DNA of 64,000 bases from Fimicolochytrium jonesii (lineage: Eukaryota): the NCBI RefSeq assembly GCF_025526975.1, contig NW_026515670.1:1178001-1242000 (forward strand), read 5' to 3'. The translations under genes and the position numbers were made by a program. Position 1 is the first letter of the stretch; the number at the start of each line of letters is the position of its first letter. Shown here in pieces: positions 15,001 through 27,517 of the stretch. The notes beneath the pieces were generated by a model. It made no database searches. It had not been told where the DNA came from and was given only the letters and a program-made list of their open reading frames with translations.

Positions 15001-15467
15001 ATCTGAACGCCATGACGCCACATATCCAACTGCCGTTGCATAAGATCCAGGAGTGGGCTGGTTATGGAAGGGAACGGTTGTTCAATACCAACGTGAACTT
15101 CTTGAAGCTTCCCAGGAGGAGTGAGAACACCGCGGAAGCTTTGTTTGAGCCGGTTGAGGTATGTGGAGTGGTGTCCAGTCACCGTCCGACTTAGATCTTG
15201 CCCTCACCCTATCTTTCTCTCAACCTTCAGGCGAAACCCACGTCAAATCTGCAGAGAACCATGCCAATCTACTCTTCTTGCCTCGACGACCTTCCCACAG
15301 CATCTTTGGTCAAGATTGACGTAGATGTGGAGATCGTTGTTCGGGGTGATGGGACTATTGCTGTTGGCGTATTCGCCGATTCGAGCTACTTGACGGAGGA
15401 GGATGGGAATCGCGTTATCCGAGAACTTTGCGAGATGGTGGAGTATGGCTTATTGGCCGCTCAGTAG
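1..15467 (+). CDS. Ferrichrome-type siderophore non-ribosomal peptide synthetase (SidC/NPS2/Sib1 family), 5'-truncated by the window edge, multi-exon. Visible architecture: A-T-C-(degenerate A)-T-C-A-T-C-A-T-C-A-T-C
   Basis: Four A domains with core motifs (TSGSTGVPK, YTSGTTGKP, YTSGTTSLPK, YTSGTSGTPK; FDVS; YGPTE; GEL.(I/V)GG; Y.TGD). Five T domains (LGIDSL, LGFDSL, VGIDSL, VGIDSL, MGLDSI) and five C domains (HHAxYD). The ORFs join through short GT..AG introns (e.g. ~2890-2954, ~9462-9518, ~15160-15230) and the last exon ends at TAG 15467. A terminal C domain with no TE is typical of fungal cyclic siderophore synthetases. Confidence 0.93.
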
Positions 15468-15640
15468 CACAGTCCTAGAGACTTCAGACACTTAGAACAA
15501 TAGGCGTAGGACAAAAGACTCTACTAATTTATTGAATCCTTTCTACAATATGTGCATGGTGGGGGACAGAATATAAATCAAAAATGCGAATGAGCTCATT
15601 TTATGTGGATGCTGTATTGAACCTTCCGGAGGGACAGTGC

Positions 15641-17900
15641 TCAAGCCTCAGATTCCAGGAAGAAGTAGTTGCCGGCCAGCTGTGAGGATTCGAAAGAGAG
15701 TCAGCTACGATTTCAACATCATCTGCGCGATCGTTGTACATGAAATCAAACTGACCTTCTGCTCCTTGTCTTTCACGGATTCGGCCTTGTTGATACGCGG
15801 CCGGAAATTTGTGGGATCTCTTCGGAAAGTGATTTGTAGCTCCTTCAAGAACTTGTTCATTCCCGTCAATAGAGACTCGGGCCTGTTCGTGAGAGATCAA
15901 TGGTCAGCACCAGATTATAGATCTATGGCCGAAACTTCCGAGAGACTCACTTGTTAGCGCGGGCCTTAACGGACGGTTGACCGTCGTAGACAATCACACG
16001 ATCCGCCAAGTAAGTGGCCATGATGAAATCGTGCTCCACGATAAACGCAGTCCTCTTGTTGTGGAGGATGTATCGCTTGATGACTTTCGCGGCGATGATA
16101 CGTTGCTCGGAGTCGAGGTACGCGGATGGCTCATCGATGAGGTAAATGTCGGCAGGCATGCCGAGAGCGAGGACGATGGCAACACGCTGCAATTCACCCC
16201 CGGAAAGCGTCGTTACAGCTTGGTCGATGATGTTTTCGATTTGCAAGGGCTTAACGACGTCAGTCTGAAACTGGGGGTGCATGAAAGCCTGCTTGATCTT
16301 GGCGATGAAAAGCATGCGCACGGTTCCTTGGAACTTCGGGCTGATTTTCTGGGGCTTGTAGGACACCTTGAGCTCCGGAACTTGCTCATCCACCATCAGC
16401 CGCAAGCTGACCAGCAAGCATTCGAATGAAAGTAGTCTTTCCAGTACCTATTGATGAAAGAGGTTTAAGTATGACCACGAAGAGATGCAAGTTTTGTGAC
16501 TTTGCCACATACCGTTTTGACCAAGCATAACCAAGATCTCGGAGTCCGTGAATTGTCCACCTTCGATCTGCAGAGAGAAATCTCCGAGCTTCTTGGACAT
16601 CGATGGGTACGCGAATCGACGCATCTTCTCGTTGATGGTGTCATCCGCCGTCTCTGCAAGTTTGAAAACCAGCGACTCATCACGGAACCGCAAGTTTTCC
16701 GTCGGCACTTTTCCGTCCAGGAAGATGTTAATGCCTTCCCTCACACTGAAGGGAAGGGTCACAACACCGTACGCTGAGGGCATTCCGTACAGAACGCAGA
16801 TGAAGTCGGACAGGTAATCGAGAACTGACAAATCGTGCTCAACAACAATGACGTATGTTGTAGGGTTGAGTAGCGACCGAATGACTCTAGCGGCGTTCAA
16901 ACGTTGTTTGACATCTAGATACGAAGACGGCTCGTCAAACATATAGATATCGGCCTGCTGTACGGCCGCCACGGCAATAGCGAATCTCTGCAACTCTCCT
17001 CCGGAAAGGTTCTCGATGTTGCGCTCCAGCACATCGGCCAGATCGAGGTGATCGATCAAAAACGGCTTGTTATCCCGCTCCAACTTTGCCGCCAAAATCT
17101 CATCGACCTTTCCTTTGATAGCCTTAGGAATGTTATCAACATATTGTGGTTTGATGATGGCTTTCAAATTGTCCTCCAAAATCTTAGTGAAGTAGTTCTG
17201 TAGTTCGGAGCCTCGGAAGTATTTGAGGATGTCCTCCCTAAATACGTCGGCGGTGAGCTAACAATGCTCCCCATTTTGCAGTGTCCAATCAACCAAAAGC
17301 AACTCTCACCAGTCTGGGGGCTCATCGAAACGGCCCAAGTTGGGCTTCAGGCGTCCGGCGAGGATTTTGAGAGCCGTCGATTTTCCGATACCGTTTGTTC
17401 CTACAAGTCCAAGAACCTGGCCCGGGCGAGGTACTGGCAACCTGTGCAGCTTGAAGGAGTTTGCTGAGTATCGGTGGGTGGTGTCCTTCTCCAAGTTCGT
17501 CGGCAGGTTGATGATGTGGATGGCGCCGAAAGGGCACTTCTTCACGCAGATACCGCAACCAATGCAAAGCTCTTCGGAAATGAAAGCGATCTTGGAGTTC
17601 GGGGCGACTTCAATGCAAAGCTTGCCTATTGGCGATTGCGGGGCGCAAGAGTCAGCACTTTCGCTCAGAAGTTGTTACGCTTCCAGCCACTTTCAAGGGC
17701 TCAGAGAATAGCGCACTCACCCATCCTCACAACAGGACAAGACTTTTTGCATTCTTGCCTGCATTTCTTCGGTTTGCATTTGTCGGTACTGACAATGGCT
17801 GGAAACCACACATAACACGAGAGATCAGCAACGCTCCGCAAGATAAAACGGCACATTTGCGACGTAACGACTTACCAATACGAGTGAGTTTGTCTGACAT
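15641..17900 (-). CDS. RLI1: ABCE1/RLI1 Fe-S ABC ATPase (ribosome recycling), multi-exon
   Basis: Starts MSDKLTRI. Fe-S segment [13 protein letters not shown], Walker [10 protein letters not shown], two LSGGELQR signatures, DEPSSYLD and DEPSAYLD. Spliced C-terminus [12 protein letters not shown]. Confidence 0.97.
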
Positions 17901-18237
17901 GCTGGGCAGCGAGCACCGTCCGTGCAGCGAATCTCAGTCCTACAGCTAGCGGGTGTGTCTGTGGATGCATGCAGTTGCGTCAGTGGGCGAGCGAAAGGAA
18001 CAGCGACCGTGTGGCGCATGCGTGGCTTGTGAGATCCGCGTGGCGCAGTCGGAGTTGCCCTTCGGACTCGCTTTGAACCATCCCAGGCTCAACCAAGATT
18101 CTCTGCAGCAACTAAGACGATACATACTGAACGGGGCCGGAGTTTCAGCGCTAATGCACCCCATCTGAAAGTGAAGTGCGTTCGACGTCTGTCTGTGTTT
18201 GTGTTTCCGAAGGGTAGGTTCGGTAACTGGCCGTCGA

Positions 18238-20607
18238 ATGCTGTTTAACGCGTCTCACCGGAATGTTGGGTTTGGCCATCTCCCACGAAGCACAGGAGTT
18301 TTAGATTTCGACCGTAACTTATTCAGACTTGCAAAGGATCGCAAAAGCATGGCGAAAGGAATCTCGACAGCTCAGGCTCCTTCCGTTCTTCACGCGGGCT
18401 TGTGCCCAGCTGGTGAAACCTCCCAGTTGACAAGTCGGCAACGGACGATATGCGGGCATCTCGCACCCATACAGAATGAAGCCTTGGTACATCTGTCCAC
18501 GTTCCACTCAACTCCGCAGTCTTCAGGCTCTGAAAGGCCACGACGTAGCTCTCCGAACGAACAAACCATAGTTACAGCAAAATTTGCGAACGACATCCCG
18601 TCGTCTCAGACGGCCTTCGTGCATGAAGCGTACGGCATATTCGCTTTCTTTCAGAGTGGCGTGAGGACAGCCCTTGCTGGTGGACAAGGAGTTGGTGGGA
18701 GACCAGGATTTGCAGGGCGGAAGTCTTTAGGGCTCGGCGCCAGTCAGCGAGCCGGACATGGAGCAACCGAACAACGAGGAGTGCCGGGAATCCTTTCCGC
18801 CAAGGTGCGGAAAATTGCATTGCAGACATGTGGTCAATATCGAAAGATCATGGAGGAGTATGTGCAAACTGTGCATGAATCCTCCGCCAGGGACCAAAGC
18901 GTCTCGAATACATTCAGCGCAGCGCATAGTGCGTTTGAGTTGCTCGAGTTGGTCCACCTGAAGAGCGACGTTCTCGATGGTCCTGGCCAATGGGATTATG
19001 TGCAAAAGGACTTTGCAACCTGGGTCGATAACCACTATGCTGCACAATACGCAGAAGACTATGAACCACTGCAAAACGTGATGAGTCCGAGGGAGCATCC
19101 AAAATACTGGAAGATCGTTTTCCAAAGCCTACTTCGTGGCCACCTCCTCATCGCTACGGCACTTCTGAAGCGACACCCGGACTACGTATCACCTACAGCG
19201 ATGAACACACCCTTACGCGGACTTTCCAGCACCATGGGCATTGGAGCAACAAGGGAGCCTACAGTTGCCATGGTGCTGCGGATGATCAACTCAATGCCCC
19301 ATCCCAAAGCCTACGCACAGCAGTTGCAATTTGAAGAAGCCCTTCGACAGTGGAGGGACGAAGTGACGCGGGCGCAAGGGTTACTGAAAAAGCTACCTTC
19401 CAGCACACCAGACTTGTCGGAGCTTACGAGGGTGTTGCAGATGGTCAGCGGAGAGACGACGGTCATTCTGCAGACAGCGGAAGATTGGAGAGAAGGGTTA
19501 TCCGGGCTGATTCACTTCGTGCACCCCAATATCAAACGCTACGAAATTGTAGAGCTTCTCGGCAAAGTCAATGCTTCTGTCGACGAGTCTTCCTCACAAG
19601 AACTGATGGAGATATCGATCATCGAGGGTAACTTTGCGCGAGCGATCCGGTATGCCACGAAATTTGACTGGTGGTTTGTGGCGCATTTCGTCGATCTGCT
19701 GCATCATATCGGATTACTCGATGATGCCACCCTCATGTCATCGATTCCAGGAATCGGTGACGCCCGGGAGAAACTATCACCTCGCGATTGGTTCGTCTTG
19801 AGTTACGGCGAGATATTACTGGCAAATCCCACGCTTTGGAGGCTAGGTCTTGAATACACGGCAACCAGCACATCGACCGGCAGAGCAGTGCTGGAAGCTA
19901 TCCTGGTCCGTATCCCTCTCGACGGCGCAGCATTAAAGCGAAAGAAGCTGCTTGCCTTTTGCGAACGTTACAAGCTGGATCACGCCGCACAGCAGATACA
20001 CCGCGTTGTCGCCAGGGATTGCTATGCAGAAGGTCGCCTTGGGGAAGCCATCGAGCACTACATCGAGGCGCGTGAGCACGCGAAAGTCTCACGTTTGGTC
20101 GAACAGCTCATTGACTCCTACCTTGCGACGTCGGATATGATGTGGAGGGAAATCGCCGGTCGGCTGCGAAGCGAGGCAGTCAAAAGCAACGTTCGTTTAG
20201 CTTTCCTCGTTCGCTACCGGGAATTCCACGATCTTCATGACGCGAACGACCTTGTCAAAGCCGGTCGGCTCCTGGTCGAAATACTGCAAGCTTCGTTCAA
20301 CGAGACCAATGCCAGGCTGCTTCCAAAACGGTTCGTCTTCACCACACTCCTCGACTGCCTGCGTTTGCTGAACGGCGAGGCAACAACAGAGCTTGTTTTT
20401 GGGGTGCGGGATACGATGGAACTGATGAGATGTCTGGAAGATATTGCAACTAGTCATCGGCGGCAAGAGTACTTGGGCGCCTGGGTGGCTGCCAAGGAAG
20501 GTGGGGATGTCACCTCAGGCGTGGCCAAGGCGGAGGCACAATTGCAACTAGTGAGAGAGGCGTTGGCGAGAAATCTCGCAAGGGCGTACTTGGAGCACAT
20601 GCCATGA
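18238..20607 (+). CDS. NUP85: Nucleoporin Nup85 (start codon uncertain)
   Basis: Alpha-helical protein of about 790 aa with Nup85-like segments [26 protein letters not shown] and [24 protein letters not shown]. Confidence 0.8.
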
Positions 20608-20811
20608 TATCTACATCTACATGTGACGTGTCGACAGCCTCACTGCGTGTACATAGTGTGTTATACCGGGGCTCTACGACTGTTGTCTCTGCCTACTTAT
20701 GATTCCCATCATGGGAATAAGATCCGAAAGAGAAAGCCGTGCTATTTCTACTGCTGTCTGTTCACACCTTCATGCTTCTTCGAAGAAATCGCCCTGGTCG
20801 TAGATCCTTCT

Positions 20812-22262
20812 CTAAAGATCTGCCGTTTCATCGCTCAATGGGGTTTGCACCCACTCCCAAGCTCTTGCCGCGCCGACATTGTAAGTGAAGAATCGCTTGC
20901 ATAACCACGTCCCGACGGTGAACAGCCAACCGAACATATAGAGCTGGCCGATGCCTCGTTTCTAGTGGACACGTTACATGTCAATCGGTGCCCGACTACA
21001 AGATGCGACGCAATCACCCACCGTTCCGAAATATAAAAAGATCTGCGGTACAACCAATTTCCGCACGACCAGGTCCTCCTCCCCTTTGGTCATCTTGATG
21101 AGGTTCTGGAGAGCCCGATTCGGGTTAGGTCAAAAACTAACCACATAGAGGGTTTCATAAAGGGCTTATTCACCTGCACGATCGTATCCGCATGCCAGAA
21201 TGCTGACAGCCCTGTCTTGATATCCGCCGAGTCGACAACATCTCCTCCAGCAAAGATATTCGGATACGCATCATCATCTATTTGGAGAGTTTGTTTGATT
21301 CTGACCAGATTGTTCGCGGGATTGATGACGGCCGGGGAAAGCGTCGCAAGGACATCGCTGTTGGGCGTCATGCCTGTACATGGAATCTATATGCACCCGT
21401 GGCTCGTTTAGCTCGACGCCCAGAGAGTGTAGCTGAACTGCAACGCTTACCAACAGGTCGCATTCAATCTCCTTGCCAAGTTTCGTTCTCAAGGTACACA
21501 ATACGCCGTCTTCTACGCCTGAGTCCGGGATGATCAACCGATCTCCCAAGATCTGATGAACTCCCAGTTCCTTCAAGATCCCATACGACTTGCTATGAAT
21601 GCCCATCTTGTATCCCATCATATAACGATCTCTGGAATGCACTATCGTTACGGTCTTCTCCGGATAGTGCTCCTTGATCTCCGCCGCGAGTTCCAGTCCG
21701 ACCGCTCCCGCGCCAGCGATTACTATCTTCTTCGCATTAGCGATGCGCATTTGATAGGATTTCAGCACAGCGATGCCTTCGGCCTTCGTGTGGGAATCGT
21801 TCAGATTTCCGGGCGATGGATGTCGCGCACCCGTGCAGTACACCATGTAGTCGAAGGTGATAGAGTCCCCAAACCCTTCTACTGCGCGGTCCAGCTTCAC
21901 TTCGGTGCGGGTTATGGAGATCGCTTTCGCGTGCACAACGACACCTGTCTCTGGAGTGGCGAATAGGTTGTCGTAAGGCACGAAGAGCTCTCGTTCAAAC
22001 CCTGAGATGACCGCCGCCCGTGGAAAACCAAACATGTAGTGCGCGTGGTTGTGCGGTTCTACGACGACTATGCGGTACCCGGGCGGCAATGGCGCAGTCC
22101 GCATTTTCATCACCGCCGAAATAGCTGTCCATTGCGTAAACTGTTAGCATGGCTCGGCATGTCAATCTTGGTGTTGAACACATGGGTCTTACCGACGAAG
22201 GATCCTCCTATGAAAACGACATTCTTCACAGGGGCAGGGTCCGCTGATGGTGATCCAGTCAT
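20812..22262 (-). CDS. AIF/AMID (FSP1)-like FAD/NAD(P)H-dependent oxidoreductase, multi-exon
   Basis: Exon 1 MTGSPSADPAPVKNVVFIGGSFV. Then GFPRAAV, FDYMVYCTG, second Rossmann motif IVIAGAGAVGLELAAEIK, VTIVHSR and YPNIFAGGD. The last exon ends ETADL* at 20812. Confidence 0.85.
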
Positions 22263-23150
22263 AGCAACGTTGGGAAGCGCCTCTTTGCTTGAGGTCGACT
22301 AGAAAATCTGTGACAACGCCGTTTGCTATCCTCTATCGAGAGGAGTTCTTGAACGATGCTCGGGAATCGATACACTCTGAGAGCCTGACCTATCATGTAC
22401 CTACTATATACAGCATGGCGACTACATATACTGTACAGTACAAGCAATAGGGAGACGGTAGCCTCACTCCGACATGGTATCGGACCGCCAGTGACTTGCA
22501 AGCATACCGCACGCATTTCCGCGCCGACATGGGAAACAGTGGCGTCATGATTTCAGTAGCGCCCAAGCTATTGCGAGGCGCTTGACATTGATTGGCCATC
22601 TGTCCCCGTATAGAGGATATCATGGCGGGCCACGCAGCGGAACAAGTCCGAATGGTTCTGCATTGCCGAGAATTCCATGTGAGCTAAAAACCTTGTTCGC
22701 GCGGTACCGCCGGATTTGACGCGTTCCGGATAAGTCTATTCAAATAAGTGCAGCATGCGCAGTTTGCCGTTTTGGTTGGCCATCGAACGCGTCTTGCATC
22801 CCGATTCACGCTAACGCCGGAACGCATCGCGAACTTGGAATGTACAGTAATGCACACACTGGCATGCATGAAAAATGAATGTAGGGATATCTCCATCCCG
22901 CTCCTCTGGCAAGTTGAGGTTTGAAAGGAAAAAGCCATGGCACCCGGTTTCCTGCTCCGGTTCCCGTAATCGAGGCAATGCCCGACCGCCTTGTCATTTG
23001 TCTGTCAGCCCAATCCATCGCATCGCCATGTTTAAAAGCTAACGCTGCTTCAGAACCGCCTCGTGTTCAATAAACAGATTGGTGTGTCAAATCTTTCACA
23101 CGCCGTCGTACTCCATTGCACCACCGCTTCCCAAGTTGTCCAGTTCCAAT

Positions 23151-25037
23151 ATGGCCATCGAACCAAAGTCGTCGCAAGCGACCCTCGGTCAAGACGTGCA
23201 AGTGCTCGACCAAGAACGGAAGCATCTCGGCATCAGGAAGGTCGAGGCCGTAGTAGGCCTCGCAACGAAGAAGCAGACGTATCTGCTTTACGCTGGTATC
23301 TACCTCTACACCTTCGTCACCAACCTGACGTCGAGCGTCGGATTCGGGCTCCAGACCTACGTGACTGGAACGTTCATGAGCCATTCCTCGCTTCCCATCT
23401 TCATGATCTGCAACTTGATCCTCTCGATCGCCTTCATTCCTCTGATGTCAAAATTGTCCGACACATGGGGACGCCTAGAATTGCTCGTGATATCCACATT
23501 CGCCTTCTGCCTAGGAAACGTATTCATGGCGGTCTCCCCCTCATTCGAACTGTGGCTCGCATCATCTCTGCTCCAAACGGTCGGCAACTCCGGTCTGCTA
23601 GCATTCAAGGAGTTCTTCATCGCCGATTCCTCGACCAATGTTAACCGTGCCCTCGTACAAGGCTTGCCGGACCTCTCCGGGTACATCGTCGCCGGCATCG
23701 CCCCAGCTATTGTTCAAAGCTTTGTCGATCGCCAAAATTGGCAATGGGCGTACGGAATGTTCGCAATCCTGATCATTCTTGCTGTCGCGCCTCTCGCCGC
23801 AACCTTCTTCTACCTGCAACGCACGGCAAACCGACTTGGACTGTACAAGCGCCAGGTTACCGGGAACAGAACACTTTTCCAATCGGCCGTCCATTTCGCA
23901 TCTTCGTTCGACTTGGGAGGGTCAATTCTGCTGACCGCCACTCTCTTCTTGATCCTCGTTCCCTTGCCCCTGGCGGAAACGTACACGGACCGGTACGCGG
24001 AACGTAAGTCCACCAGCCTGTAATTAAAAGCTCCCCATGAAACATTGGACTCACAAACGCATCCCATCTTCCCTAGCCCGGATCATCGCGATGCTCTGCA
24101 TTGGTTGCGTGATTCTGCCCATCTTCGTCTTCTACGAAAGCAGGATCGCAAAGTCGCCGATTGTGCCTCTGCACTTTCTGCGGAACCGAACTGTTTTGGG
24201 CGGGTGCGGTGTTGCTTTTTGGACCTGGGTCTCGTATTACTCGTATACGGAAATGTTCACCGCATACCTTCTCGTCACACAAGGCCTGAACTACAGGGAC
24301 GCGGGATACGTGGCCAGCACGTGGGGTTGGGCGGGCGTTTTCTCCGCCATCGTTGTTGGTTTCCTGATCAAGCGTACGAAGCACTACCGATTATGGGCGC
24401 TCATTGGCATTGCTGTAGCGATGGTTGGGACCGGGCTGATGATCGCATGGCGAGGACATGAAAGCAAGCTGATCTTCATCATCATCGCGCAAGCCATCGT
24501 CGGGCTCGGTGGTGGGTTCATTATGACCGCCGTACAAGTCGGAGTCCAAGCTGCTGTGAAGCATACCGATCTCGCCAAGGTCACGGCAATTTTCCTCACG
24601 ACCGCCGCCGCTGGTGGAGCTGTTGGCAATGCGATTGTCGGGAGCATCTGGCGGTCTACTCTCAAGCAATCCCTGATGGACAATCTCCCGCCTCAAGCTT
24701 ACCAGGCTATCCCTTTCATCATGGGAAGCCCAGACTACGTCGTCGGAACCTACCCGGATCAAGCTATGCCTGCAGAGCTGTTGCCTTTCGTCCAGGCCTC
24801 GTACGTGTACGTCCAACGGATTCTCTCCATCACAGCGCTGGTCGCTTTTGGACCTGCTATGATCGCCGTTTTCCTCATGAAGGACATCGATTTGCAAGCG
24901 AAAGACGGTATGCCTTGGTAAATTCCGCAGACACGTCTTCGTTGACTTACTCTCCTCCTTCTCCGATTACAGATGAGCGCACTGCTGAGCTTGACGCAGT
25001 GGTGCCGGAGTCCGTCAGGCGAGACGCGGAGGCGTAA
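23151..25037 (+). CDS. Siderophore-iron MFS transporter (SIT/ARN/MirB family), two introns
   Basis: N-terminal GIRKVEAV, SKLSDTWGRLE, FIADSSTNVNRALV, WQWAYGMFAIL, DLGGSILL, QVGVQAAVKH and GGAVGNAIVGSIW are characteristic of the 14-TM SIT family. Introns at ~24004-24077 and ~24908-24972. Confidence 0.9.
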
Positions 25038-25844
25038 ATGCAATCATATCATATTAATAACCTCTCTTGTTTACACTTGTACTTACTAGCTGGGTAATAG
25101 TAATGATATATGTATGAGCACGGACGAACGCACTCCCCGTCGTAGTTGTAGAGTGAATCCAGCCCAAGTCGTGGCACCATGCATACTACCGCCTCCTACC
25201 GCCTTCCTCATTGCGGTGCCCGGGCTGTTTCTCCTTCTCTGTCCGCTGCTTTCATCGAGAGAAGAAACGCCTCGCTCTGCCCCCCTGCCAACGGTGCTTC
25301 TGACATAGTCCAGGCTTGCCGGCACGTTTGTGTAGAGGCCACACCCGAGCTCGCCTGAGGGACGTCTTTCCCAAAGCACTCTACACCAGGAGGTCATGAC
25401 TGTTCCTTCCGGCTATCCTTGGGCCGTCAAGACCTGAAAAAGCATCTTGGCATTCGCAAATGGGAGGAACAGCTCATAATACGACTTCAACAGGGGCGAG
25501 GTTTACGTCAGCATTTCGGAGTTTGCGCGGCGTCGAATTGCTGTTATCTCTGCAAGTTGTCCGAAGAGAATACCTTTACCGAATCGAGGAAGACACACCG
25601 GAAAACTTCGCTCGGTCCATTAGTAAGTTCGAGCGACGGAAACAGAATGTCGAATAGGACCCCTCTCCGAAGTGCCACTGCCCAGTTCTCAGTCTCACGG
25701 TGCGCCAAAGAATCACGGTCTCTCGTTCCGCCCCCCACAAGTTACTGTAGCTACAGGTGTTCAAACAAGCTCGTGCGCTACCAACATGATTTGGGGCATA
25801 TGTCCATGTCCTTTCTGCCGGACACAAAGCAATCGCGGGCGATA

Positions 25845-26144
25845 CAGGCGGTCATCCCGGGCGAATATGATGTCCAACACGGGAGACCTGTGCTTCGTCC
25901 ATCCAATCTGCGGGTTGTAAAACACAGTGGGCAATACAGGCGGTGATCCTGGACGAATATGACGTCCAATCCGGGATGTTGAAAGGAACGCAGGCGCTCA
26001 GGCAGTCATCACGGGCGAATATGATGTCCAACCCGGGGGACCTGACGGCGCCATCCGATTCTCCAAGGTGTAAAACATAGCTTAAGTCGCGGTCATTTCA
26101 GGCGGCCATTCCAGGCGATTATGACGTCCAACCTGGGGGACCTA
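25845..26144 (+). repeat. Array of four degenerate ~46-bp hairpin-forming repeats
   Basis: Copies at 25845-25890, 25937-25977, 25999-26044 and 26099-26144. Consensus CAGGCGGTCATCCCGGGCGAATATGAYGTCCAACCCGGGGGACCTG. Confidence 0.85.
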
Positions 26145-27517
26145 TGTGGAGGTTTGGTTTCTTGTTCGACTCACCGCCGCTCGTCATTACTTATCTGCCC
26201 TCGCCAACTCAACGCCCATCTGTACATTCGCCGAAACTCAGCAATAATAACCAAAAAGCTCGACATCCGCTCCCATAAACTCATCGCCATCGCGTCGCCG
26301 ACCAAGGGCTACTCTTCCGAGGATCGGAGTTCCAAACGCTGTCGGTACGGGAGACTGCCTAGAAACGGTGGACGACCAAACCAAAACGATACCGCTCTTT
26401 CTTTGCCAGATAGTGCCGTAATACTCTATGCTCGGGTGGCTCTGTTTGGGATTATTCAAATGGAGAAAATGTGGTGCGTCACTTCTGACTTGTTTGAACC
26501 TAGACTCGGGCAAGCGACATTCTCCAAATAGCTCAGGTACTACTTTCTCATGCTTTATCCTCCATACTGGTCGCGTTTCGTCTCCTGCTCTACTCTGCTT
26601 CTCATTCCCCGTTTATTCAAATATCAGTCTCATTGGTCACTCCCGGGCCAGGTTCCACTTGCGGCACTCCTCAAGATACCGTACGCGAGTGCTAGGCCAC
26701 CAACCGCAGTTTGATGTCGCTATACCTGGGTTCTGGTCGCTCAGCGAGGACGTAGTCCGAGTCGTCTCAAACACATCTATGGGGGCCTGCCACGAACACG
26801 CTTCTTCGGAACCCTGCCCGTGCACATGCTATCCTTGGTGTGCGACGGGACCACGCGCCATCTGAATTAAGCGCGGCTCACTGGCCATTGATAGCTTCGA
26901 AAATCAGGCAGGGATAATACGGCTCAGACCAGGGCCTGTTGAGGGGGCCGCCGACACGCTCGCTACGGTGCTCTTGAGGGGTCCGCCATTGATCCACTCT
27001 AACCGTAAGCCTATCTTATCTGCTTACCGCTCTCTCTCATTCTGGCGCTCACGTTGCCCCATCTGCACTAGCCAAGGCTGGAACTCGTCATGTACTCGGG
27101 AACTCTCTTTATGGCTTCCAATACAAGACCCGCGATCGTTGAGGCAGATACCAGAAGCACATTTACCAATTTTTTTATATAGATTAGCCCTGCGACTTGA
27201 CGTTTGCTTTGGGCCACATGATACGGCAGACGAAAGCCCTGAGGTTACTTCGATTTCCCCTTTTCAGTCGATCAGCAGACTAAGCAGAAGCTGAATAAGG
27301 CCTCGGGTCGAGTTACATCTTGCGAGACATCCAGGTCCTAGCGATTGGTGTGATCAAACGCCAATGCTGGACCGATCCATACGGAATGACCATTGATTAT
27401 TGAGCATGGTCATTGAGCACAATCACTACGCACAAATGTCCACATCAAAAAGGGAGGGATAATCTCAAAAGGCGAGGCACAAGAACCAAAACAAAATCAC
27501 AGCTTGCGTATATTCGA

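Noticed and set aside
1..15467. NRPS pseudogene or several separate NRPS genes
   Set aside because: The ORF breaks I examined coincide with short GT..AG introns that restore the frame.
20812..22262. Ornithine N5-monooxygenase (SidA)
   Set aside because: Motifs and length fit the AIF/AMID family, and SidA-type signatures are not visible.
22263..23150. Defined SreA- or Aft1-type iron-response elements
   Set aside because: Only scattered GATA cores and one GGCACCC are present, with no full ATCWGATAA consensus; this is expected by chance.
25845..26144. CRISPR array
   Set aside because: Eukaryotic context, degenerate repeats, irregular and mutually related spacers, and no cas genes.
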